The notes below the pieces were generated by a model. That model saw nothing but the letters and a program-made list of their open reading frames with translations, was not told the DNA's origin and made no database searches. Made by a program: the position numbers and the translations under genes. Shown here piece by piece: positions 1-12,369 of a stretch of DNA of 64,000 nucleotides (the first letter of the stretch is position 1; the number at the start of each line of letters is the position of its first letter). This DNA is from Lophium mytilinum (lineage: Eukaryota): the NCBI GenBank assembly GCA_010093605.1, contig MU004184.1:1498801-1562800 (forward strand), in the 5' to 3' direction.

Positions 1-165
1 GCCTTTGAACCTGTCGACGTCACTCCGCTGTAGCTGAGCACCGGCGTATCGTTCAAAAGTACCCGTGTCGGTGACTCTGTTGGTGCAAGATTGGTCATGT
101 GGATGCGAATACGGATGCGGTGTCGTGAGTAGTATCGGGGTAGTGGCTGCCGTGGGGTTTTCCAT
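1..165 (-). CDS. 5' part of a gene running off the left edge; product unknown
   Basis: ATG at 165 opens a frame that stays open to base 1 (MENPTAATTPILLTTPHPYSHPHDQSCTNRV...). A pyrimidine-rich acceptor-like site (ttttgttag) lies just upstream at about 210. No recognisable domain. Confidence 0.35.
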   Translation of the reverse strand, partial: MENPTAATTPILLTTPHPYSHPHDQSCTNRVTDTGTFERYAGAQLQRSDVDRFKG

Positions 166-699
166 CTTGTGGGTTGAAGGGAAGGCCGAGTTATCCGTAG
201 TCCTATAAGTCTAACAAAAACAAAATTAACTTCAGGATCAATGCAATCGTTAGACGAGGCGCAAAGCTGCTCACAGAATGTGACACCGGATCGCTACGTT
301 TGGCAGGCCGGGATGAGGGGATCTGGATGAATAGACAGGTCTTGCCTGCAGCTTGTCACTATCCTGCAATCAGCGGTTCCCCTCGATGAGGTGTCTCGGA
401 TGAAATCAGTCGATATCAATCTCTCTCAGTAATCGAAGGCGGGTGCCGTGTTCGGATCTAGTACTCCGGTTCCAGACGACGACTCGTGGGGAAGATCATC
501 TCTCACCACCCGCTTGAAGACTGCCAAGCATCGTCGCCGTCCTTCTCACCGCTGTCAAGACGGCACGCAGGCAGGACTAGCAGCCCAGTGCAGCACAAGT
601 GCTCATTCCGCGATTTTCAGAAAGGCCGCTTCCGAATGATGGCGCAAGAGTAGTGCCCAGCGCCCCGAACTGTGGCTGGGCCCCATGCCATGGCCGCGG

Positions 700-1560
700 G
701 CTTGCCGATCGGCGGGCAGCGAGATCGATCGAGCCCTGCGATCTCTGGATCCCTCATCCATGCACCCTGTATCCTACGGCATCCATCCCCGCCAGCCGCA
801 CCCACGGCCTCACTCTCTGAGGCGCTTTGCGGTGTGTGAGCCTGGCGGTTTCGTCGCTGTCAGCGCCCTGCATCAGACGTGCAGCAGAGGGATTCAGCTC
901 CCCCAGTCATCAAGCAGGCAGGCTGACGGCTTCTCCAGTCCATCCGTCCCTCCTCGCGTTCTAATACCAGGATGCAGAGCCAAGAGAGCCGGCAATGCGG
1001 CCCGCCAGACGTCTCGATGCTAACCATGCCGAGTGGCCTGGTGGGCTTCTGCGGCCATGCCGATGCGGCAGAAGGACACTGAAGTCCGAGTTCGAGAGCT
1101 GTCAAGATGATGCATCGTCAAACCGTCCCCACAGCTCCAGTAACATGCAGTGCATAAGTGGTACGATCTCTGCCCAAGCCAGCTAGCCGAGAGGCAATCT
1201 TTGTGCACGAATCGGTGAATGGTGACACGAGTCGTCAGCTAGCGCACCATGCCGCCTAATAGCCCGTCTTTGCACTCGGCTGACCCCTGCTCGACACAAA
1301 CCCATGCATGGCCCCGCCATCGCGCGCCATCTGAGATTCCAATCTCAAACTGAATCTGATGGCTGGCGAGACCAACCCCTGCTGCCTTCGTGGGAGCGCT
1401 GTGGTTCGGCAACATTTTTGCGCCTGGGCCTACGATCCTGCATCCACACCTCGTACTCACGCGAGGTAGTCCATATCGGGTTCCTAGATCACATCGATCT
1501 GCGCTGCATCGATCCAGGCGCGTGGGCGTCTGCGTGTGAGATTTGGCTGGGATCGAGCTG
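700..1560. promoter_or_regulatory. Cluster of GATC/CGATC/GATCGA motifs upstream of cry-DASH; candidate light-response elements
   Basis: gatcgatcga at 723, cgatc at 706/739/1433, tcgatc at about 1494 and 1509, gatcga at 1551. GATN/CGAT repeats are the White Collar complex motif in Neurospora. The function here is inferred. Confidence 0.3.
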
Positions 1561-2160
1561 CTGAATCAAGGGGAGCGAAGTTATGGACAGCCGCTTTTGG
1601 CGCTGGGGGTGGGTTTCGACTGTGGGGATTGGGTGGAAGCCAGTTCACCATGGTGGACGTCCTAGCGTGCTTGGTACGGAACGAGCAGGAGACTGACGCA
1701 GTTGATTTCGGGGCCACAGTGGGAGTGGTGGAGTTGCGGCACTCTCCACCCTGCATTGGCGGATTCAAGACGAGGACCCTTCGCCAGCAACCATGGTTCT
1801 ATTAAGTCCGGCCGCTTTCCTCGTCACAACCTTCTTGATTTCTGTTCCTTCCAGATTCCCGAGACAGTCCCTAGCCTCGATGCCAGTTTAGCTTTCCTCG
1901 GGAGAGTCCCTGCAGTCGTGACATCGTTCCATCATCGAATCCTCGCCAGAACCTTGATACTTTCTTTGTTACGTACCGCGCGCACTTTCTCCAATCTTCA
2001 TTACGCACACTCTGTCAACATCGACTTCACATCTCCGGCTCGACACCGACGTTTAAACCATTCATTAACCCAGGGTGGTGAATTGACATCCTTCACACCC
2101 ATACGTCAATCAACATCGACATCCCGGTCGTCCCAGGGATCCCAAGACGATCCGGCCGAC

Positions 2161-4288
2161 ATGCCGCCCACGCCACCACCTACCCCTCGTATCTTGATAT
2201 ACCTCCTCCGGCACGACCTTCGACTGGCTGATAATCCCATATTTCATGATCTCTCCCGCATTTCAAGATCGTCAGCTTACAAGACTACTGCCTCATTGGA
2301 CCCCCCGTCACCTCCAATATGTCACTCACACTCCCCTCCAAAATCGCCCACCAGTGCGCGAATTCAAAAGACGTATGAGGCATCAGGGCCTGCGCTTGCA
2401 GAAAAGCTAGGGGTGACGCATTTGCTACCAATGTATGTGTTTCCGGCAAACCAGATTGAAATATCCGGCTTCCTTTCCGAGGATGGCTCCGGAACTTCAA
2501 AGTCAAAAAGCCCGTATCCGGAAGCGAGGAGCGAAGTTGGTGGATTTTGGCGCACGGGTCCCCACCGAGCGAAGTTCATAGCAGAATCTGTGTGGGACTT
2601 GAAAGGGAAGCTTGAGAGGCTGGACTGTGAGTCAAGTCTTGTGACGAGAGTTGGACTAATGGGAGATGTTGTTGACAACATCGTCTCATGGTACTCCCAA
2701 CAACGTCAAGGGGAGGTCACAGGCAAAGTGGTAGGGATATGGATGACTGGAGAAGAAGGAACCGAGGAGGCAACAGAAGAGAGGGATGTCCGACGTGTAG
2801 CTGAAGACGAGGGGATCGATTTTCGGATCTGGAAAGACGAGAAGTACTATGTGGATGAGTAAGTGTACCGCTTTACCATGCTTCATGCTCTTTGCAGCCA
2901 TTAGTGAACCCCACTGACCAGTAAACAGCCGCGACCAACCCTTCACCAAGATCTCAGACCTCCCCAACGTCTACACCACCTACCGGAAACCCTTAGAACC
3001 CCTATCATCACGCCCACGCCCAATCCTCCCGACACCACACCGCCTACCACCCCTCCCCGACTCTCTCCCACCCCAGCAATCCCCCTTCTCCATCCCCACC
3101 ACCCTCGCCACCCTCAAGTCCGCCCTCCTCGCCCCGCTAGACGCCGACCCAACCCTCGGCCTCCCCTCCCCACCGCAATGGGCCCCCAAGACCACCACCG
3201 CCCACCCCTTCCTCGGCGGCGAGCGCGCCGCCCACGAACGCCTCACCCATCTTGCCTCCAGCGGCGCCATGACAGCCTACAAGAGCACGCGCAACGGCAT
3301 GCTCGGGCTGGACTTCAGCACTAAACTCTCCGCCTACCTCGCGTACGGCTGCCTGACAGCGCGGCAGGTGCACTGGGCGATGGTGGACTTCGAGGCCGGC
3401 ACGGGCGGCGACGGCGTCGGCGTCGCGGGCTACGGCCGCGGCGAGAACGAGGGCACCGCCGCGATCCGCTTCGAGCTGCTCTGGCGCGACTACATGCGGC
3501 TGTGCGCGCGCAAGTTCGGGGCGAGTCTGTTCGACATCGACGGCTTCCGGGGCGCGGAGAACACCGCAGACGACGGCGAGCAGCCGCAGCCGCCGAAGCG
3601 GTGGAAGTATCTGGATCGCAGCGGCGGGCTGGGCGATGACCCGGCGAAGACGCGCGAGGCGTTGCTGAGGTTTTTGAGTGGCACGACGGGGATTGGGCTG
3701 ATTGATGCCGCGCAGCGCGAGTTGTTCCTCACGGGGTACACGTCGAATCGTGCGCGGCAGAATGTGGCGAGTTTTCTGGCGAGTCATTTGGGGATTGATT
3801 GGAGGGTGGGCGCTGAGTGGTATGAGAGTATGTTGATTGATTATGATATGGCGAATAATTGGGGGAATTGGCAGTATGTGGCTGGCGTGGGGAACGATCC
3901 GAGGCAAGGGAGGGTGTTCAATCCGGTGAAGCAGGCCTTGGATTATGATGCGCAGGGAGAGTATGTGAAGGCTTGGGTGGGAGAGCTGAGGGATGTTGAT
4001 TTGGGTGAAGATGAAAAGGGGCATGTGCAAGTTGAGAAGTTGATGGGTCTTTTCCAAGCATGGAGGCTAGATTCGGTGGAGAAGGAGAGGCTGGGGCTAA
4101 ATGGGGTAGAGAGCGTCGAACACCCATTGATTCGGATACCTTTCTCTGTTACCAAGTCAAGAGGCTCAGATGGAGGAAATTCTCGAGGTCGGGGACGAGG
4201 TGGTAGCTATCGAGGACGCGGCAAGGGTCAAGGGGCAAGAAGACTTGGTGAAATGGACAAGGTAGCACGGGCTGGAGGAGCGTACTAA
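2161..4288 (+). CDS. cry: Cryptochrome DASH (photolyase family); 2 exons, intron 2859-2928
   Basis: N-terminal LLRHDLRLADNP, RAKFIAESVWDLK, GGERAA, STKLSAYLAYGCLTARQV, FELLWRDY, TGYTSNRARQNVASFL, EWYESMLIDYD..NNWGNWQY, FNPVKQALDYD. The intron gtaagt..ctgac..cag joins ORF 1702-2862 to the frame of ORF 3269-4288. Confidence 0.93.
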
Positions 4289-4469
4289 TCAACTCCTCAC
4301 GTAGAGATACCAGGCTATTATTCGGGGTCATACTTAGCTCATACTAGCAAAAGAATGGAACACCTTACGTACTTACGAAAGTCGCACCTGCGCCTGGTGT
4401 TTATCTAAACCAAACTGTTCAAGTGTAAGCTAGCAGCATTGTCCACACGACAATCTTCGATCGAGTTGA

Positions 4470-5150
4470 TGTCAATGGACTCGAAAGGGGCCATTGAGGT
4501 ACTCCCTTCGACGTGTTGCGCGCAATCGTTGCAAAGTCTTACGAATCCAACTGCGCACGACATCTTTTGTTACGCGCGAAGCTACGCGAAGGTGTAACTA
4601 TTGCAACATACATCGTGTGGTTCCTTTTCGTGGTCTGTGAGAGAGTTCGAGAATCGGGTCAAAAATACTAAAGCTAGTAATAGTTTGAGTAGTCACCTCG
4701 GAAGGAAACGGTGTGTTTCTTGTTACTGAAAGATTAAGGAGTCAACTGCGTTAGACTTATTGGTTGGACGCGGAGATCTACACCGCGTGCACCTTTGGTA
4801 GTCACTTTCCACCGCCGAAGCAACGGTCTCGGAATTGGGTCGTCGTCCAAAGCGTTTCGAAATGTAGTTGGGGCATCTCCGCAAAGCCTTCGTCCTTTCC
4901 AGTTACCTAAAGTTACGAATCGAACTACTTGAGATGTTTTACCAGACGTAGAGGGCCACACAGCGCATACACAGCATAAGTAGTTTTCACTACCAAAGTG
5001 TTGATTGAGAATCGGGTCGTCGTCAAGAGGAATTCGGCTACCAGCCAGAGCACCTCCGCGCAGACTTCGTCCTCATTTGTTGCTTGAAGTCACGAATCGA
5101 ACCGCGTGAATCGAATTTTCATACACGCGGAGTCCACGCAGCGTGTCACT
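4470..5150. repeat. Degenerate tandem repeat, about 4 units of 177-195 bp
   Basis: Anchor ttacgaatcgaac-like at 4539, 4734, 4913 and 5090. Anchor gagaatcgggtc-like at 4649, 4830 and 5007. No intact ORF spans it. Confidence 0.6.
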
Positions 5151-5825
5151 CTTTATATGCTCCGTGTAGTCTCTTCCCCCACAAGAAGGAGCTAACCTAG
5201 AATGTCCTTCACCCGACAAGCTAGTTCTGGTGCAGGGAGTAAGTCAATGTTATAAAAGACGAAGGCACGCCAGTTTGATGTCTACACCACAAGTCAGCCA
5301 CATTCTACATGTCCCAACTTAGCGTCGTTTGCCTTGCGTATTCCTCCCGCACCTGGCTCCACCACAGTTTCAGGACGTGAAACTTTTCACACCGTAAATC
5401 AAGCTAGTGGAAAAGTCCGAGAGTGAGAACTATGAACAACAGCCATTCCATCATTCAAAATCTAAATGAAATGGTCCTATTGCCGACTTCATTTCAACGT
5501 CATCGAACATCGCACCTGTCAAGTTTTCAACCCCCGAATGGCTGTCAAGAGGATATTGGAAAAGTATATCATAAGAGCAAGAAACAAGTGGTATCCATTC
5601 CCCATAATCCTGGACCCTATTCATTCAGTACCCAGGAACGCCCAGATTTTCCTAAAAGTGCAAACGCCGCAATCATGCATACTACCGCACACTGTCGTTA
5701 TTGTTTCTCTTGACGGCGACGACCAGATGCATCGCTCTGGAATTCTCAATAGAGAACAGCACTTGCACAAAATACTAGAATCATTAAAAGACAAGTCGTG
5801 CAGTGATACCTAAACGAGGCTTCGA

Positions 5826-8800
5826 CTACATGACGACGCAGTTGTCGGCTTCGTGCTGCTTCTGATTGCTTCTGCTTAGCCTTTCTCGACTGCGCTGTAC
5901 CTTCGCTCCACCGCGCTTCAGCTCGTCAAGCCGCTCTTGGGCTTTAGGAAATTTGTATGCTATTATCATTGTTAGTGAAAGTAAACAAAGTGGGAGTGTG
6001 ATTGTGTGAAGGAATTGCAAATTCGGGCAACAGGAGAAGAAAGCACTCACCGGCCGCACGCCCATACCACCTCTTCGCCTCCTCCAAGCTCCTCGGACAC
6101 CCGATTCCAACCTCTGTGTAATAGCCCATCGCGAACAAAGCCTTTCCAAGTGGCGGTTCAGCGCATGCCGCCTTGCGAGCCCAAAGGTACGCCTCGGTAT
6201 CGCTCTGCTCAAGTATACTCGGGCTGCCGGTCAGATACCAACCAGAGAGCGCTAACTCGCTCTGGTGTTCCTCTTGCGCTGCTGCGCGCGAGTACCAGGC
6301 TATCGACATGCGATGATCAACCGGGCATCCCAACAAGCCGAATTCGTACGACTGTGCAATGCGGAACTGACTGAACTTGTACCCTAGCTCGGCAGATTGT
6401 CTGAAGAGACTCAGTGCGTAAGGTTCATCTCGAATGATGCGCTCGTTGCCAGTCTGAGCCTCATAGAGCAGACCGAGCTCGTGCAGCGCGTGCGGGTTGT
6501 CTTCGTCTGCGCGCTCTGCAGCACGCTTGAGCATGTTAATGGCCTCCCCGAGATTCTTCTGCTGCCCAAGCAAACCTTTAAGAAGGATCATGCCAACCTT
6601 GTACATAGCAGCCGTGTCGCCTAGCGCTGCTGCACGTTTGTACCACTGTACAGCCTTGAGCGGGTCTTTCCGCGTGCCGCCGCCGTCCTCATTGCCCATC
6701 TCGCAACACACAGCCGTCCGGTACGCACTTGCAGCATGCCCGGCTTTGGCAGCTGACTGATATAGCGTAAAAGCCTCCTTGGGGTCCACTTCGAGCCCCA
6801 GGGAGCCTTGCCCATAGCAATCAGCAAGATAGAACATCGCGTCTGGAGAGCCGGCGCTAACGAGCTTTTTGACGATCTTATGCGCTTCCATGATGAATTT
6901 TTCGCGGTTCTTGTTGCGAGTGCGGGTGTCCGCGCGGCCTCCTTCATCAGAAAGAACAGCAGCTGCCTCTACGAGCTTCTTAGCGAGGAGGAGTCCAGTC
7001 TTGTGGTCTTTCTCAGCGAGCTTGAACGTGTTGCGAAGCCTATTGAGCTCATCAAAGGTCACAGGGTGAGGAGCTGATGCCCGCTTCTGTAAAGGAGGCA
7101 TTGCCGAAGTCTGTGGGCCTCCATTCTGCGCTCCAGGAGAGGGATCGTTGTTGTATTGCCGGACTGGAGGAGGCTTAGCGGGTGGTTTCCCGGATTGAGG
7201 AGATGAGTTATGAGGTTGGTCCATCAGCCCAGGGCGTACGGGCATTGGGTGTGATGGTAATGCATCTGGGTTGCTACGACGACTCGGGGGCATGTTTTGC
7301 CTCTGGTTCATAGGGCCACCGGCCATTCCAACCGGTCCTCCACCATACTGGCCTCCCGGCGGGCCTCCCGGCGGACGCTGCATAGGCATACCGCCCATCT
7401 GTGGAAGACCTCCTCTCGCCATACCTCCAGGGCCTGGATCAGACCACTGACTCTGCGCCGAAAAATTGCGGTTCAGCGGCGGTTGTCCCTGCCGTTGATA
7501 TCTAGGGTCGTTCATCGCATACTGTTGTGGTGGTTGATTGGGCTGTCCCGGTCCATATATTGGCGCCGGCTGGCCTCTGCCGCCCATACTTCCAGGTGCT
7601 CCGCCCTGCATTTGTGGTGGGCCATAAGCGCGAGGGTTACCCGCATACCCGTTTTGACCAGCAGGCGTTGAGCCTGTCCGTTGAATCGGCGGAACAACTG
7701 GGATCGCAGGAATGTCTCCAGGCATTTCAAAAACGAACCCAGCGACCTCCGTTTCGTGTAAGTTAGGTTGAGACCGGCTCTGTTGAGCCTGCTGATAGAA
7801 CTCAGTAGTTTGTGGTGCTTGCTGACCCGAATATGGCTGAGATGGCGGAGGAGATTGAAGGTGATGGTCAATCGAGTCCCCTCGACGATGTCCGGCCCCA
7901 TTTGCGTATGGTATTGCGTCGAAATTTGGCATGTCACCCTCCATTGCTGAATCCTTTTTACTGCCTTGTCGACTATGAGATGGCTCATCGGCGCCATAGT
8001 AGTCATCGTATAGATCTTCGAGACTTTGGCGTCCAGCCTGCTGATGCTGCTGTTGCGGCAAAGGCGGAGGATTTGGTTGAATTAGCCGACTATCCAGTTG
8101 GTGAACGGGGTGGTTGGAACCGTTGCTGCCATGATGGCTGACTCCCGAGGCCGTGGCTGGCCGAGGGGGAGGGATGTAGCTCGGAGATTCAGGGCCATGG
8201 TATCCTGCTGTAGGACCGGGTTCAGCCCACTGAGGCTCTAGAGACCGCTGCGAGTTCTGGATATTCGGCCTTGGAAGTTCTTGAGGCAAAGTCATCGCGC
8301 GCTGCGTGTTGGGGCCAAATCCTTGTTGCATTGGCGAGATCGGAGGAGGATGTAGATCCTCATGACCACGCCTCTGAGGAGGCGGGCGAGCGCCTTCCAG
8401 ATGCATTGGCGATGGTGCTTGCTGCATGTGTTTCTGTTGCTGAGGAGGATGGCCTCTTCCATTCCCTTGGAACTGTCTCGTGTCTTCGCCATAACTGTCT
8501 GGCGGTCCTTGACCTCGCCCTCGCCCTGGCGGTGGATTTCGATATGCATGTTCCTGTGGATGGCTACGAGGCCCAGGCCCAGGCCCAGGACCCGGACCAC
8601 CTTGACCCCTTCCTCTTGTAGGCGGGCGGCCTTGTTGATTATCTGGGTGATCATGATCGTTGACGCTCATTAAAGACATAGCCTCGTCCATGGATCCAGC
8701 CGTGGGCTTCGCCTTCGGCTTGGTCGTGGGGAAAGAAGGAAAAGGGTTGTCCTGGCTCATGGTTATAGGAGATGTTGGAGACTGAAGTACTCTCTGCTTG

Positions 8801-9421
8801 GCTGTAAGATAAGTCAGTATTTTGCTACCCTGTGTATATTTCAGATATCTCAAAAGTCATACCAGGTCCTCTTGGGTGTTGATGGCCCGGATCCACCATG
8901 TGTCCCCGCCCATTACCCCTTCCCCCAGAATCACCTCTTTGCATACCGCTATTCATGGGTCCACTAGGCTCAGCTAATCGTCCTCTCTGATCGTATCCTC
9001 GGCCCTGCTCTTGATAATGAGGCTCACTGTAGGCTTGGCCTGGCCCGTAGGGATCTCGTGGAGGCGGCATCCTGCCTTGTGAATGCCCTTGAGGAGCTCC
9101 GTAAGCTTGATTCTGCGGAGGCGGTCGTCCCATCTGTCCATTCACATCGCCGTAGCCACCCTGGTATTGCTGGCGCTGCGGAGGAGGCCGCTGTGCTGCC
9201 ATGTTTCCATTTCCCCAGCCTTGCGCCTGTCGCGGGTCCGCGTAGCCCTGCTGATATCCATCATCCCAACCGGCGTCCTGTCCCTGATCGTAGCCATCGT
9301 ACTGGTCGTTCTGATTGCCGTAGCCCGCGGGCTGTCGTCCTTGCGGTGGTCCTTGCGGAGGTCCTTGATTATAATACTGTCGCGGGGGCGGCTGGTATTG
9401 TGAATGTTGATCGTACGCCAT
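5826..9421 (-). CDS. CHS4: Chitin synthase III activator (Chs4/Skt5 family, SEL1 repeats); introns 8802-8862 and 5960-6050
   Basis: Long P/Q/G-rich N-terminus, then SEL1 repeats (AMFYLADCYGQG, AAKAGHAASAYRTAVCCEMG, SELALSGWYLTG, FAMGYYTEVGIG). The spliced C-terminus ends in the CAAX box CVVM, as expected for the family. Confidence 0.9.
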
Positions 9422-10483
9422 GGCGCTGGCTACGTTTACTAGCGCGTCCGTCTGCGATTCTCAACGCGCTGCGAAGGTCGTGTTTGAGGAGAGCTCTGCG
9501 GCGGGCGGAGCCATACACGACGACGACGCACCAATGCGCACAGGCAGTTCGGGGCGGCCAGAAATAGCAGGGTGGAGACAATTGCAATAGGAGGCGTCCG
9601 GGGTAAGCAGCGAAGTTAGGAGCTCGAGAGCGGCACCACGGGTCGCAAGCAGCACTCCAAGCAGAGTTTGGAGTGGTGGTCGATGCTGAGCGCAATTGTG
9701 GGCCTTAAGAAGACAGATTATGAAAGAGAGATGGTGACCAGCACCGCGTCAAAGGGAATGCTCCAGGTTGCGGGCGCAGCGGGAGCTCTAGAAGGCCCCC
9801 AGCAGCTGATGACGGCCCAGGGAGGGTTCACGACGTCCAACGTCCTTGAAACCGAAACGCCACAGGGATCGGCGGTATGCCGCAGCCACTGGGAGGGCCA
9901 AGACAGGGGCCGCCGACGTTGGAGAGGGAGCGCTTTTCGGGAACAGCGTGGCCGATGGAGCCCAGATGCGCCCTGCCCGTTGGTCGACGTGCAGGAGATT
10001 CGCGTTGATGCGGATAGATTGGATGCCCTTCAGCCCCCGGAGTCAGTACTCGCTGGCTACATGTAATCGCGACACAGAGCAGCAGGGCGTGAGCGTTTCA
10101 GCTGGGCGCGTCACGATGCCAATCGAGCGGGATGGGCAATGCTGCATGTCACAGGCCGTTGAGCCGCGACGCCAGCGCCCAATACGAAGCAATGTGGTGC
10201 AAGGCCAATAGGAGTCGTGAATTTCGAAGACGTTACTTACTGTGGCGCAGGCATCACTCGCCACAGCTGCACCGCCACGATCCGATCCGCGTCCATCTCA
10301 TGGCGTCGTTCTTTTGCCTCCACTTACCGCACCAGCAATCATCACCTCGGCCCTTCAACTCCGCTGCAGCAATTGGCATTTCGATCTACACTGTCCCTAG
10401 AATAGATCATCGTGTCCCGGACTCAAGCTTTTCCCAGTTCCTCCAGCATCATTCCTTGCGTCGGAACCTGACCGTCCGCCAAC

Positions 10484-11023
10484 ATGGTGAACCCCATGAC
10501 CACGGTCAAGATGGTCGCGTCGTAAGTCCCTATACGCAAAATCCATCTAGTCCCTCTTAAATATACACAGCCTTCTTTACTGACGTGCTCAAGTGGCTTG
10601 ATCATGTGTATTGGCGGTCCAGCATTAGTGATGTGGGTAACGCCGACAGAAGAAGAGCTATTCCTGGTCAGCACATCTACTCCAGAAAAAAGATCCCTAG
10701 ACCGTCATATTGATATCTTCCCAGAGGTACAATCCGGAGCTCCAGAAACGCTCGTTGGAAAACCGGCGGGAGAAGCAGGAAGATTTCGACCAGTTCGTCA
10801 ACAATCTGAAAGAGTACTCGAAATCAGACAAACCAAGTATGCCCTCATCTCTCTCGGACTTTTGGAGACAGATTTTCTAATTCACGTTTCAGTCTGGGCA
10901 GTGCAGAAAGAGGTAGATGAACAGAACCGCCGGACTGCCGCTGCGAAGTTGAGGAACGACCAGAGCGAACTCGCTGCTGAAGCGGAGAGACGGCGCCAAG
11001 AGATCAGATCAAGCGCTGCATGA
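10484..11023 (+). CDS. CBP4: Cytochrome bc1 assembly factor Cbp4; introns 10522-10593, 10667-10724, 10837-10892
   Basis: Spliced product ...[38 protein letters not shown]...[11 protein letters not shown] matches the Cbp4 signature. Confidence 0.85.
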
Positions 11024-11432
11024 CCTGTGCTGAAACGACTATTTGTATAGTATGCTTTGTATCATAGACTTCGTCTTCCTTGCGCTGAGGCCATGGAATA
11101 ATATCACTGACTGACAGCAACCTCTCCGTGATAATTTGTGATAGCACAGTGCTGAACTTTAAGTATGGGCGCACGGATATAGCTGTGCTTGGGGTCGAGA
11201 TTGCTCACTCGACACCACTGTCAGGGGTGGCCCAACTGCGAGGTGGCTACTATCTAGAGAAGCTGCCCAGTTTACAAGACATCAAACGCCCCATTACTTC
11301 TATAAACTCCAAAGCGTACTAGGGCACCTCAAGTAGTGGTAGACACAGGTTCACAGTCTTATGGCAAGGCACTATATTGCATCGCTTGGTTCCGGATTAC
11401 CATTATCAACAACTACTTGCTTCATCTGTCGC

Positions 11433-12369
11433 CTACGCCAGGTACTTCTCAAACCACTTGATCCCCTGCTTCTCCGCCTGATCCATTGCTTGCTTGTCCT
11501 TCTCGTTCTGCCAATCTCCCCTCAATGCGAACCCATGCACCTGCCCCTCATACACCTCAACCTCACTCGCGCCCCCGTTCTTCTCCAGCACCTCCTTAAT
11601 CTGCCCCACCGTCTTCTCGTCCAGCAAGCTATCTTTGCTCCCACACGCCAAACTCAACGGCTGCTTCACGCCCTCGAAATCTCCCGGTACAGCCACCATA
11701 CTCGGATGGCACGCATACGCCGCATCAAGCTTCAGCGCCGGATCCGTCTCATGCGCAGCCAAAATCGCATACCGCCCGCCCCAGCAGAAGCCGATGGCAC
11801 CAACGTGGTCTGTACCGGGGATCTTGCGCACCTCGCGAATAAAGCCATCGATGATGGGTTTAGAGACAGCCTCGCGGTGTCTGAGGAGCCAAGGGCCGAG
11901 TGTTGCGCCGACCTTCGCGGTCGCCGCGGTCTTTTGGACGAGGGTGAGGTTCTCGCGCACTGGGAGCGGCGGCTCGACGTCTTGCAGGAACTCGATGGGC
12001 AGGGAGTCGCCGTTATGCACGTCGGGGATGTAGGCCGTGAAGCCGGCTTTGGCGTAGTTGTCGGCGAGGAGCCGGACGTTGGGGAATTCCCAGCCAAAGA
12101 CTGTGGCGGGGAATGTTTAGCGGGGCTTTGATTGCGGGAGGGGAATGGAAGTCTTACTGTCGACAATGAAGACGATGCTTTTGGCAGGTGAATTAGTGGA
12201 AGGTTCGGCGACGTAGGTCTGCAACCCGCCTATAGGAACATGTTAAGAAGATGTTTAGTTGAATTAGGGGAGGATTCTTTGTACCAATGGTTTGAACTCT
12301 GCCTGCAGGCTTGCCTTCTTGCACTTTACCGGAGAGGCAGCACGAGCTAACTCCTACGCCTGTCGACAT
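11433..12369 (-). CDS. Dienelactone hydrolase family alpha/beta hydrolase; 3 exons
   Basis: MSTGVGVSSCCLSG start, DxFGWEFPNVRLLADNYA, nucleophile motif GFCWGG, HPS, catalytic HGF, and two canonical introns. Confidence 0.88.

Noticed and set aside
1702..2160. 153-aa N-terminal extension of the cry ORF in the ORF track
   Set aside because: It starts at a TTG and reads like a pyrimidine-rich 5' UTR. Photolyase similarity begins just after the ATG at 2161.
3137..4057. 306-aa antisense ORF, and similar antisense ORFs at 11361-12131, 9058-9567, 28092-28511 and 40549-41157
   Set aside because: These are shadow frames of strongly codon-biased real genes, with no independent motifs.
4470..5150. CRISPR-like array
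   Set aside because: The context is eukaryotic, the units are long and degenerate throughout with no repeat-spacer architecture, and there are no cas genes.
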